DNA from: Rebecca billardiae RCC1528 | Taxonomy: Eukaryota > Protista > Haptophyta | Assembly (NCBI GenBank): GCA_965240325.2 | Contig: OZ251240.1 | Span: 248,001-312,000, forward strand | Reading direction: 5' to 3' | Length of the DNA stretch: 64,000 nucleotides | Shown here: in pieces, positions 36,201 to 48,200 of the stretch | Layout: each line of letters starts with the position of its first letter | How positions within the stretch are numbered: the first letter of the stretch is position 1 | Notes under the pieces: generated by a model | The model's database searches: none | What the model saw: only the letters and a program-made list of their open reading frames with translations | Told to the model about the DNA's origin: nothing | Position numbers and translations under genes: made by a program

Positions 36201-39200
36201 TCGACGCCCATGCTCGCTTCGAGCCGCGCTGCACGCCGCGCCGCCGCCACTCCTCACGGCCGCGTCTCGCAGGGCTGCGGCTCCGCGCCCGAGCCGCAGC
36301 CCTGCGGCCGCAGCGCTGCGGCCGCAGCCCTGCGGCCGCAGGCCTGCGGTGGCCCAGCAGGCTGCTGCTGCTGCTCGGTTCACTCGCGCGGCGCGAGGCG
36401 ATTGGCGCGTCCTCGACACCCATGCTCGCTCCGAGCCGCACTGCATGCCGCGCCGCCGCCACTCCTCACGGCCGCGCGCCCGGAGGGCTGCGGCTCCGCG
36501 CCCGAGCCGCAGCCCTGCGGCCGCAGCCCTGCGGCCGCAGGCCTGCGGCCGCAGGCCTGCGGTGGCCCAGCAGGCTGCTGCTGCTGCTCGATTCACTCGC
36601 GCGGCGCGAGGCGATTTGCGCGTCCTCGACGCCCATGCTCGCTCCGTGCCGCGCTGCACGCCGCGCCGCCGCCACTCCTCACGGCCGCGTGCCCGCAGGG
36701 CTGCGGCTCCGCGCCCGAGCCGCAGCCCTGCGGCCGCAGCCCTGCGGCCGCAGGCCTGCGCTGGCCCAGCAGGCTGCTGCTGCTGCTCGGCTCAGTCGCG
36801 CGGCGAGCGGGCGGGCTGCTGGCGGTGGTGCTGGATGGCGCGTCCTCGACGCCCATGCTCGCTCCGAGCCGCGCTGCACGCCGCGCCGCCGCCACTTCTC
36901 ACGGCCGCGCGCCCGCAGGGCTGCGGCTCCGCGCCCGAGCCGCAGCCCTGCGGCCGCAGCCCTGCGGCTGCAGGCCTGCGGTGGCCCAGCAGGCTGCTGC
37001 TGCTGCTCGGCTCACTCACGCGGCGCGAGGCGATCGGCGCGTCCTCGACGCCCATGCTCGCTTCGAGCCGCGCTGCACGCCGCGCCGCCGCCACTCCTCA
37101 CGGCCGCGCGCCCGCAGGGCTGCGGCTCCGCGCCCGAACCGCAGCCCTGCGGCCGCAGCCCTGCGGCCGCAGCCCTGCGGCCGCAGGCCTGCGGTGGCCC
37201 AGCAGGCTGCTGCTGCTGCTCGGTTCACTCGCGTGGCGCGAGGCGATTGGCGCGTCCTCGACGCCCATGCTCGCTCCGAGCCGCACTGCATGCCGCGCCG
37301 CCGCCACTCCTCACGGCCGCGCGCCCGCAGGGCTGCGGCTCCGCGCCCGAGCCGCAGCCCTGCGGCCGCAGCCCTGCGGCCGCAGGCCTGCGCTGGCCCA
37401 GCAGGCTGCTGCTGCTGCTCGGCTCAGTCGCGCGGCGAGCGGGTGGGCTGCTGGCGGTGGTGCTGGATGGCGCGTCCTCGACGCCCATGCTCGCTCCGAG
37501 CCGCGCTGCACGCCGCGCCGCCGCCACTCCTCACGGCCGCGCGCCCGCAGGGCTGCGGCTCCGCGCCCGAGCCGCAGCCCTGCGGCCGCAGCCCTGCGGC
37601 CGCAGGCCTGCGCTGGCCCAGCAGGCTGCTGCTGCTGCTCGGCTCACTCGCGCGGCGCGAGGCGATTGGCGCGTCCTCGACGCCCATGCTCGCTCCGAGC
37701 CGCACTGCAGCCGCTCCGCCGCCACTCCTCACGGCCGCGCGCCCACAGGGGTGCGGCTCCGCGACCGAGCCGAAGGGCTGCGGCCGCAGGCCTGCGGCCG
37801 CAGGCCTGCGGTGGCCCAGCAGGCTGCTGCTGCTGCTCGGCTCACTCGCGCGGAGCGAGGCGATTGACGCGACCTCGACGCCCATGCTTGCTTCGAGCCG
37901 CACTGCATGCCGCGCCGACGCCACTCCTCACGGCCGCGCGCCCGCAGGGCTGCGGCTCCGCGCCCGAGCCGCAGCCCTGCGGCCGCAGGCCTGCGGTGGC
38001 CCAGCAGGCTGCTGCTGCTGCTCGGCTCAGTGGCGCGGCGAGCGGGCGGGCGGCTGGCGATGGTGCTGGATGGCGCGTCCTCGACGCCCATGCTCGCTCC
38101 GAGCCGCGCTGCACGCCGCGCCGCCGCCACTCCTCACGGCCGCGCGCCCGCAGGGCTGCGGCTCCGCGCCCGAGCCGCAGCCCTGCGGCCGCAGGCCTGC
38201 GGTGGCCCAGCAGGCTGCTGCTGCTGCTCGGCTCAGTCGCGCGGCGAGCGGGCGGGCGGCTGGCGATGGTGCTGGATGGCGCGTCCTCGACGCCCATGCT
38301 CGCTCCGAGCCGCGCTGCACGCCGCGCCGCCGCCACTCCTCACGGCCGCGCGCCCGCAGGGCTGCGGCTCCGCGCCCGAGCCGCAGCCCTGCGGCCGCAG
38401 GCCTGCGGCCGCAGGCCTGCGGTGGCCCAGCAGGCTGCTGCTGCTGCTCGGCTCACTCGCGCGGCGCGAGGCGATTGACGCGTCCTCGACGCCCATGCTC
38501 GCTTCGAGCCGCACTGCATGCCGCGCCGACGCCACTCCTCACGGCCGCGCGCCCGCAGGGCTGCGGCTCCGCGCCCGAGCCGCAGCCCTGCGGCCGCAGC
38601 CCTGCGGCCGCAGGCCTGCGGTGGCCCAGCAGGCTGCTGCTGCTGCTCGGCTCACTCGCGCGGCGCGAGGCGATTGACGCGTCCTCGACGCCCATGCTCG
38701 CTTCAAGCCGCACTGCATGCCGCGCCGCCGCCACTCCTCACGGCCGCGCGCCCGCAGGGCTGCGGCTCCGCGCCCGAGCCGCAGCCCTGCGGCCGCAGCC
38801 CTGCGGCCGCAGGCCTGCGGTGGCCCAGCAGGCTGCTGCTGCTGCTCGGCTCACTCACGCGGCGCGAGGCGATTGGCGCGTCCTCGACGCCCATGCTCGC
38901 TCCGAGCCGCACTGCATGCCGCGCCGACGCCACTCCTCACGGCCGCGCGCCCGCAGGGCTGCGGCTCCGCGCCCGAGCCGCAGCCCTGCGGCCGCAGCCC
39001 TGCGGCCGCAGGCCTGCGCTGGCCCAGCAGGCTGCTGCTGCTGCTCGGCTCACTCGCGCGGCGCGAGGCGATTGGCGCGTCCTCGACGCCCATGCTTGCT
39101 TCGAGCCGCACTGCATGCCGCGCCGACGCCACTCCTCACGGCCGCGCGCCCGCAGGGCTGCGGCTCCGCGCCCGAGCCGCAGCCCTGCGGCCGCAGGCCT

Positions 39201-42200
39201 GCGGTGGCCCAGCAGGCTGCTGCTGCTGCTCGGCTCAGTGGCGCGGCGAGCGGGCGGGCGGCTGGCGATGGTGCTGGATGGCGCGTCCTCGACGCCCATG
39301 CTCGCTCCGAGCCGCGCTGCACGCCGCGCCGCCGCCACTCCTCACGGCCGCGCGCCCGCAGGGCTGCGGCTCCGCGCCCGAGCCGCAGCCCTGCGGCCGC
39401 AGGCCTGCGGTGGCCCAGCAGGCTGCTGCTGCTGCTCGGCTCACTCGCGCGGCGCGAGGCGATTGACGCGTCCTCGACGCCCATGCTCGCTTCAAGCCGC
39501 ACTGCATGCCGCGCCGCCGCCACTCCTCACGGCCGCGCGCCCGCAGGGCTGCGGCTCCGCGCCCGAGCCGCAGCCCTGCGGCCGCAGCCCTGCGGCCGCA
39601 GGCCTGCGGTGGCCCAGCAGGCTGCTGCTGCTGCTCGGCTCACTCACGCGGCGCGAGGCGATTGGCGCGTCCTCGACGCCCATGCTCGCTCCGAGCCGCA
39701 CTGCAGCCGCTCCGCCGCCACTCCTCACGGCCGCGCGCCCACAGGGGTGCGGCTCCGCGACCGAGCCGAAGGGCTGCGGCCGCAGGCCTGCGGCCGCAGG
39801 CCTGCGGTGGCCCAGCAGGCTGCTGCTGCTGCTCGGCTCACTCGCGCGGAGCGAGGCGATTGACGCGACCTCGACGCCCATGCTTGCTTCGAGCCGCACT
39901 GCATGCCGCGCCGACGCCACTCCTCACGGCCGCGCGCCCGCAGGGCTGCGGCTCCGCGCCCGAGCCGCAGCCCTGCGGCCGCAGGCCTGCGGTGGCCCAG
40001 CAGGCTGCTGCTGCTGCTCGGCTCAGTGGCGCGGCGAGCGGGCGGGCGGCTGGCGATGGTGCTGGATGGCGCGTCCTCGACGCCCATGCTCGCTCCGAGC
40101 CGCGCTGCACGCCGCGCCGCCGCCACTCCTCACGGCCGCGCGCCCGCAGGGCTGCGGCTCCGCGCCCGAGCCGCAGCCCTGCGGCCGCAGGCCTGCGGTG
40201 GCCCAGCAGGCTGCTGCTGCTGCTCGGCTCAGTCGCGCGGCGAGCGGGCGGGCGGCTGGCGATGGTGCTGGATGGCGCGTCCTCGACGCCCATGCTCGCT
40301 CCGAGCCGCGCTGCACGCCGCGCCGCCGCCACTCCTCACGGCCGCGCGCCCGCAGGGCTGCGGCTCCGCGCCCGAGCCGCAGCCCTGCGGCCGCAGGCCT
40401 GCGGCCGCAGGCCTGCGGTGGCCCAGCAGGCTGCTGCTGCTGCTCGGCTCACTCGCGCGGCGCGAGGCGATTGACGCGTCCTCGACGCCCATGCTCGCTT
40501 CGAGCCGCACTGCATGCCGCGCCGACGCCACTCCTCACGGCCGCGCGCCCGCAGGGCTGCGGCTCCGCGCCCGAGCCGCAGCCCTGCGGCCGCAGCCCTG
40601 CGGCCGCAGGCCTGCGGTGGCCCAGCAGGCTGCTGCTGCTGCTCGGCTCACTCGCGCGGCGCGAGGCGATTGACGCGTCCTCGACGCCCATGCTCGCTTC
40701 AAGCCGCACTGCATGCCGCGCCGCCGCCACTCCTCACGGCCGCGCGCCCGCAGGGCTGCGGCTCCGCGCCCGAGCCGCAGCCCTGCGGCCGCAGCCCTGC
40801 GGCCGCAGGCCTGCGGTGGCCCAGCAGGCTGCTGCTGCTGCTCGGCTCACTCACGCGGCGCGAGGCGATTGGCGCGTCCTCGACGCCCATGCTCGCTCCG
40901 AGCCGCACTGCATGCCGCGCCGACGCCACTCCTCACGGCCGCGCGCCCGCAGGGCTGCGGCTCCGCGCCCGAGCCGCAGCCCTGCGGCCGCAGCCCTGCG
41001 GCCGCAGGCCTGCGGTGGCCCAGCAGGCTGCTGCTGCTGCTCGGCTCACTCACGCGGCGCGAGGCGATTGGCGCGTCCTCGACGCCCATGCTCGCTCCGA
41101 GCCGCACTGCATGCCGCGCCGACGCCACTCCTCACGGCCGCGCGCCCGCAGGGCTGCGGCTCCGCGCCCGAGCCGCAGCCCTGCGGCCGCAGGCCTGCGG
41201 TGGCCCAGCAGGCTGCTGCTGCTGCTCGGCTCAGTGGCGCGGCGAGCGGGCGGGCGGCTGGCGATGGTGCTGGATGGCGCGTCCTCGACGCCCATGCTCG
41301 CTCCGAGCCGCGCTGCACGCCGCGCCGCCGCCACTCCTCACGGCCGCGCGCCCGCAGGGCTGCGGCTCCGCGCCCGAGCCGCAGCCCTGCGGCCGCAGGC
41401 CTGCGGTGGCCCAGCAGGCTGCTGCTGCTGCTCGGCTCAGTCGCGCGGCGAGAGGGCGGGCGGCTGGCGATGGTGCTGGATGGCGCGTCCTCGACGCCCA
41501 TGCTCGCTCCGAGCCGCGCTGCACGCCGCGCCGCCGCCACTCCTCACGGCCGCGCGCCCGCAGGGCTGCGGCTCCGCGCCCGAGCCGCAGCCCTGCGGCC
41601 GCAGGCCTGCGGCCGCAGGCCTGCGGTGGCCCAGCAGGCTGCTGCTGCTGCTCGGCTCACTCGCGCGGCGCGAGGCGATTGAAGCGTCCTCGACGCCCAT
41701 GCTCGCTTCGAGCCGCACTGCATGCCGCGCCGACGCCACTCCTCACGGCCGCGCGCCCGCAGGGCTGCGGCTCCGCGCCCGAGCCGCAGCCCTGCGGCCG
41801 CAGCCCTGCGGCCGCAGGCCTGCGGTGGCCCAGCAGGCTGCTGCTGCTGCTCGGCTCACTCGCGCGGCGCGAGGCGATTGACGCGTCCTCGACGCCCATG
41901 CTCGCTTCAAGCCGCACTGCATGCCGCGCCGCCGCCACTCCTCACGGCCGCGCGCCCGCAGGGCTGCGGCTCCGCGCCCGAGCCGCAGCCCTGCGGCCGC
42001 AGCCCTGCGGCCGCAGGCCTGCGGTGGCCCAGCAGGCTGCTGCTGCTGCTCGGCTCACTCACGCGGCGCGAGGCGATTGGCGCGTCCTCGACGCCCATGC
42101 TCGCTCCGAGCCGCACTGCATGCCGCGCCGACGCCACTCCTCACGGCCGCGCGCCCGCAGGGCTGCGGCTCCGCGCCCGAGCCGCAGCCCTGCGGCCGCA

Positions 42201-45200
42201 GCCCTGCGGCCGCAGGCCTGCGGTGGCCCAGCAGGCTGCTGCTGCTGCTCGGCTCACTCACGCGGCGCGAGGCGATTGGCGCGTCCTCGACGCCCATGCT
42301 CGCTTCGAGCCGCGCTGCACGCCGCGCCGCCGCCACTCCTCACGGCCGCGCGCCCGCAGGGCTGCGGCTCCGCGCCCGAGCCGCAGCCCTGCGGCCGCAG
42401 CCCTGCGGCCGCAGCCCTGCGGCCGCAGGCCTGCGGTGGCCCAGCAGGCTGCTGCTGCTGCTCGGTTCACTCGCGCGGCGCGAGGCGATTGGCGCGTCCT
42501 CGACGCCCATGCTCGCTCCGAGCCGCACTGCATGCCGCGCCGCCGCCACTCCTCACGGCCGCGCGCCCGGAGGGCTGCGGCTCCGCGCCCGAGCCGCAGC
42601 CCTGCGGCCGCAGCCCTGCGGCCGCAGCCTTGCGGCCGCAGGCCTGCGGTGGCCCAGCAGGCTGCTGCTGCTGCTCGGCTCAGTCGCGCGGCGCGAGGGC
42701 GGGCGGCTGGCGATGGTGCTGGATGGCGCGTCCTCGACGCCCATGCTCGCTCCGAGCCGCGCTGCACGCCGCGCCGCCGCCACTCCTCACGGCCGCGCGC
42801 CCGCAGGGCTGCGGCTCCGCGCCCGAGCCGCAGCCCTGCGGCCGCAGGCCTGCGGCCGCAGGCCTGCGGTGGCCCAGCAGGCTGCTGCTGCTGCTCGGCT
42901 CACTCGCGCGGCGCGAGGCGATTGAAGCGTCCTCGACGCCCATGCTCGCTTCGAGCCGCACTGCATGCCGCGCCGACGCCACTCCTCACGGCCGCGCGCC
43001 CGCAGGGCTGCGGCTCCGCGCCCGAGCCGCAGCCCTGCGGCCGCAGCCCTGCGGCCGCAGGCCTGCGGTGGCCCAGCAGGCTGCTGCTGCTGCTCGGCTC
43101 ACTCGCGCGGCGCGAGGCGATTGACGCGTCCTCGACGCCCATGCTCGCTTCAAGCCGCACTGCATGCCGCGCCGCCGCCACTCCTCACGGCCGCGCGCCC
43201 GCAGGGCTGCGGCTCCGCGCCCGAGCCGCAGCCCTGCGGCCGCAGCCCTGCGGCCGCAGGCCTGCGGTGGCCCAGCAGGCTGCTGCTGCTGCTCGGCTCA
43301 CTCACGCGGCGCGAGGCGATTGGCGCGTCCTCGACGCCCATGCTCGCTCCGAGCCGCACTGCATGCCGCGCCGACGCCACTCCTCACGGCCGCGCGCCCG
43401 CAGGGCTGCGGCTCCGCGCCCGAGCCGCAGCCCTGCGGCCGCAGCCCTGCGGCCGCAGGCCTGCGGTGGCCCAGCAGGCTGCTGCTGCTGCTCGGCTCAC
43501 TCACGCGGCGCGAGGCGATTGGCGCGTCCTCGACGCCCATGCTCGCTTCGAGCCGCGCTGCACGCCGCGCCGCCGCCACTCCTCACGGCCGCGCGCCCGC
43601 AGGGCTGCGGCTCCGCGCCCGAGCCGCAGCCCTGCGGCCGCAGCCCTGCGGCCGCAGCCCTGCGGCCGCAGGCCTGCGGTGGCCCAGCAGGCTGCTGCTG
43701 CTGCTCGGTTCACTCGCGCGGCGCGAGGCGATTGGCGCGTCCTCGACGCCCATGCTCGCTCCGAGCCGCACTGCATGCCGCGCCGCCGCCACTCCTCACG
43801 GCCGCGCGCCCGGAGGGCTGCGGCTCCGCGCCCGAGCCGCAGCCCTGCGGCCGCAGCCCTGCGGCCGCAGCCTTGCGGCCGCAGGCCTGCGGTGGCCCAG
43901 CAGGCTGCTGCTGCTGCTCGGCTCACTCGCGCGGCGCGAGGCGATTGGCGCGTCCTCGACGCCCATGCTCGCTCCGAGCCGCGCTGCATGCCGCGCCGCC
44001 CCCACTCCTCACGGCCGCGCGCCCGCAGGTCTGCGGCTCCGCGCCCGAGCCGCAGCCCTGCGGCCGCAGGCCTGCGGCCGCAGGCCTGCGGTGGCCCAGC
44101 AGGCTGCTGCTGCTGCTCGGCCCACTCGCGCGGCGCGAGCCGATTGGCGGGTCCTCGACGCCCATGCTCGCTCCGAGCCGCACTGCATGCCGCGCCGCCG
44201 CCACTCCTCACGGCCGCGCGCCCACAGGGCTGCGGCTCCGCGACCGAGCCGAAGGGCTGCGGCCGCAGGCCTGCGGCCGCAGCCCTGCGGAAGCAGGCTG
44301 CTGCTGCTGCTCGGCTCAGTCGCGCGGCGCGAGGCGAGCGGGCGGGCGGTTGGCCGCGGTGCTGATTGGCGCGTCCTCGACGCCCATGCTTGCTCCGAGC
44401 CGCGCTGCATGACGCGCCGCCGCCGCTCCTCACGGCCGCGCGCCCGCAGGGCTGCGGCTCCGCGCCCGAGCCGCAGCCCTGCGGCCGCAGCCCTGCGGCC
44501 GCAGCCCTGCGGCCGCAGGCCTGCGGTGGCCCAGCAGGCTGCTGCTGCTGCTCGGCTCAGTCGCGCGGCGCGAGGTGATTGGCGCGTCCTCGACGCCCAT
44601 GCTCGCTCCGAGCCGCGCTGCATGCCGCGCCGCCGCCACTCCTCACGGCCGCGCGCCCGCAGGTCTGCGGCTCCGCGCCCGAGCCGCAGCCCTGCGGCCG
44701 CAGGCCTGCGGCCGCAGGCCTGCGGTGGCCCAGCAGGCTGCTGCTGCTGCTCGGCCCACTCGCGCGGCGCGAGCCGATTGGCGGGTCCTCGACGCCCATG
44801 CTCGCTCCGAGCCGCACTGCATGCCGCGCCGCCGCCACTCCTCACGGCCGCGCGCCCACAGGGCTGCGGCTCCGCGACCGAGCCGAAGGGCTGCGGCCGC
44901 AGGCCTGCGGCCGCAGCCCTGCGGAAGCAGGCTGATGCTGCTGCTCGGCTCAGTCGCGCGGCGCGAGGCGAGCGGGCGGGCGGGTGGCCGTGGTGCTGAT
45001 TGGCGCGTCCTCGACGCCCATGCTTGCTCCGAGCCGCGCTGCATGACGCGCCGCCGCCGCTCCTCACGGCCGCGCGCCCGCAGGGCTGCGGCTCCGCGCC
45101 CGAGCCGCAGCCCTGCGGCCGCAGCCCTGCGGCCGCAGCCCTGCGGCCGCAGGCCTGCGGTGGCCCAGCAGGCTGCTGCTGCTGCTCGGCTCAGTCGCGC

Positions 45201-48200
45201 GGCGCGAGGCGATTGGCGCGTCCTCGACGCCCATGCTCGCTCCGAGCCGCACTGCATGCCGCGCCGCCGCCACTCCTCACGGCCGCGCGCCCACAGGGCT
45301 GCGGCTCCGCGACCGAGCCGAAGGGCTGCGGCCGCAGGCCTGCGGCCGCAGCCCTGCGGAAGCAGGCTGATGCTGCTGCTCGGCTCAGTCGCGCGGCGCG
45401 AGGCGAGCGGGCGGGCGGGTGGCCGCGGTGCTGATTGGCGCGTCCTCGACGCCCATGCTTGCTCCGAGCCGCGCTGCATGACGCGCCGCCGCCGCTCCTC
45501 ACGGCCGCGCGCCCGCAGGGCTGCGGCTCCGCGCCCGAGCCGCAGCCCTGCGGCCGCAGCCCTGCGGCCGCAGCCCTGCGGCCGCAGGCCTGCGGTGGCC
45601 CAGCAGGCTGCTGCTGCTGCTCGGCTCAGTCGCGCGGCGCGAGGCGATTGGCGCGTCCTCGACGCCCATGCTCGCTCCGAGCCGCGCTGCACGCCGCGCC
45701 GCCGCCACTCCTCACGGCCGCGCGCCCGCAGGGCTGCGGCTCCGCGCCCGAGCCGCAGCCCTGCGGCCGCAGCCCTGCGGCCGCAGGCCTGCGGTGGCCC
45801 AGCAGGCTGCTGCTGCTGCTCGGCCCACTCGCGCGGCGCGAGGCGATTGGCGCGTCCTCGACGCCCATGCTCGCTCCGAGCCGCATTGCGTGCCGCGCTT
45901 CCGCCACTCCTCACGGCCGCGCGCCCACAGGGCTGCGGCTCCGCGACCGAGCCGCAGGGCTGCGGCCGCAGGCCTGCGGCCGCAGCCCTGCGGAAGCAGG
46001 CTGCTGCTGCTGCTCGGCTCAGTCGCGCGGCGCGAGGCGAGCGGGCAGGCGGCTGGCAGTGGTGCTGATTGGCGCGTCTTTGTCGCCCATGCTCGCTCCG
46101 AGCCGTGCTGCATGCCGCGCCGCTGCCACTCCTCACGGCCGCGCGCCCGCAGGGCTGCGGCTCCGCGCCCGAGCCGCAGCCCTGCGGCCGCAGCCCTGCG
46201 GCCGCAGGCCTGCGGCTGCAGGCCTGCGGTGGCTCAGCAGGCTGCTGCTGCTGCTCGGCCCACTCGCGCGGCGCGAGGCGATTGGCGCGTCCTCGACGCC
46301 CATGCTCGCTCCGAGCCGCGCTGCACGTCGCGCCGCCGCCACTCCTCACGGCCGCGCGCCCGCAGGGCTGCGGCTCAGCGCCCGAGCCGCAGCCCTGCGG
46401 CCGCAGCCCTGCGGCCGCAGGCCTGCGGCCGCAGGCCTGCGGTGGCCCAGCAGGCTGCTGCTGCTGCTCGGCTCACTCGCGTGGCGCGAGGCGATTGGCG
46501 CGTCCTCGACGCCCATGCTCGCTCCGAGCCGCGCTGCACGCCGCGCCGCCGCCACTCCTCACGGCCGCGCGCCCGCAGGGCTGCGGCTCCGCGCCCGAGC
46601 CGCAGCCCTGCGGCCGCAGCCCTGCGGCCGCAGGCCTGCGGCCGCAGGCCTGCGGCCGCAGGCCTGCGGCCGCAGGCCTGCGGTGGCCCAGAAGGCTGCT
46701 GCTGCTGCTCGGCCCACTCGCGCGGCGCGACGCGATTGGCGCGTCCTCGACGCCCATGCTCGCTCCGAGCCGCACTGCATGCCGCGCCTCCGCCACTCCT
46801 CACGGCCGCGCGCCCGCAGGGCTGCGGCTCCGCGCCCGAGCCGCAGCCCTGCGGCCGCAGCCCTGCGGCCGCAGGCCTGCGGCCGCAGGCCTGCGGTGGC
46901 CCAGCAGGCTGCTGCTGCTGCTCGGCTCACTCGCGTGGCGCGAGGCGATTGGCGCGTCCTCGACGCCCATGCTCGCTCCGAGCCGCGCTGCACGCCGCGC
47001 CGCCGCCACTCCTCACGGCCGCGCGCCCGCAGGGCTGCGGCTCCGCGCCCGAGCCGCAGCCCTGCGGCCGCAGCCCTGCGGCCGCAGGCCTGCGGCCGCA
47101 GCCCTGCGGCCGCAGGCCTGCGGTGGCCCAGAAGGCTGCTGCTGCTGCTCGGCCCACTCGCGCGGCGCGACGCGATTGGCGCGTCCTCGACGCCCATGCT
47201 CGCTCCGAGCCGCACTGCATGCCGCGCCTCCGCCACTCCTCACGGCCGCGCGCCCGCAGGGCTGCGGCTCCGCGCCCGAGCCGCAGCCCTGCGGCCGCAG
47301 CCCTGCGGCCGCAGGCCTGCGGTGGCCCAGCAGGCTGCTGCTGCTGCTCGGCCCACTCGCGCGGCGCGAGGCGATTGGCGCGTCCTCGACGCCCATGCTC
47401 GCTCCGAGCCGCACTGCATGCCGCGCCGCCGCCACTCCTCACGGCCGCGCGCCCACAGGACTGCGGCTCCGCGACCGAGCCGCAGGGCTGCGGCTGCAGG
47501 CCTGCGGCCGCAGCCCTGCGGAAGCAGGCTGATGCTGCTGTGCGGCTCAGTCGCGCGGCGCGAGGCGAGCGGGCGGATGGGTGGCCGCGGTGCTGATTGG
47601 CGCGTCCTCGACGCCCATGCTCGCTCCGAGCCGCGCTGCATGACGCGCCGCCGCCGCTCCTCATGGCCGCGCGCCCGCAGGGCTGCGGCTTCGCGCCCGA
47701 GCCGCAGCCCTGCGGCGCAGGCCTGCGGCCGCAGGCCTGCGGAAGCAGGCTGCTGCTGCTGCTCGGCTCAGTCGTGCGGCGCGAGGCGAGCGGGCAGTCG
47801 GGTGGCATCGGTGCTGATTGGCGCGTCTTCGACGCCCATGCTCGCTCCGAGCCGCGCTGCACGCCGCGCCGCCGCCACTCCTCACGGCCGCGCGCCCGCA
47901 GGTCTGCGGCTTCGCGCCCGAGCCGCAGCCCTGCGACCGCAGGCCTGCGTTGGCCCAGCAGGCTGCTGCTGCTGCTCGGCTCAGTCGCGCGGCGCGAGGC
48001 GATTGGCGCGTCCTCGACGCCCATGCTCGCTCCGAGCCGCGCTGCACGCCGCGCCGCCGCCGCTCCTCACGGCCGCGCGCCCGCAGGGCTGCGGCTCCGC
48101 GCCCGAGCCGCAGCCCTGCGGCCGCAGCCCTGCGGCCGCAGGCCTGCGGTGGCCCAGCAGGCTGCTGCTGCTGCTCGGCTCAGTCGCGCGGCGCGAGGCG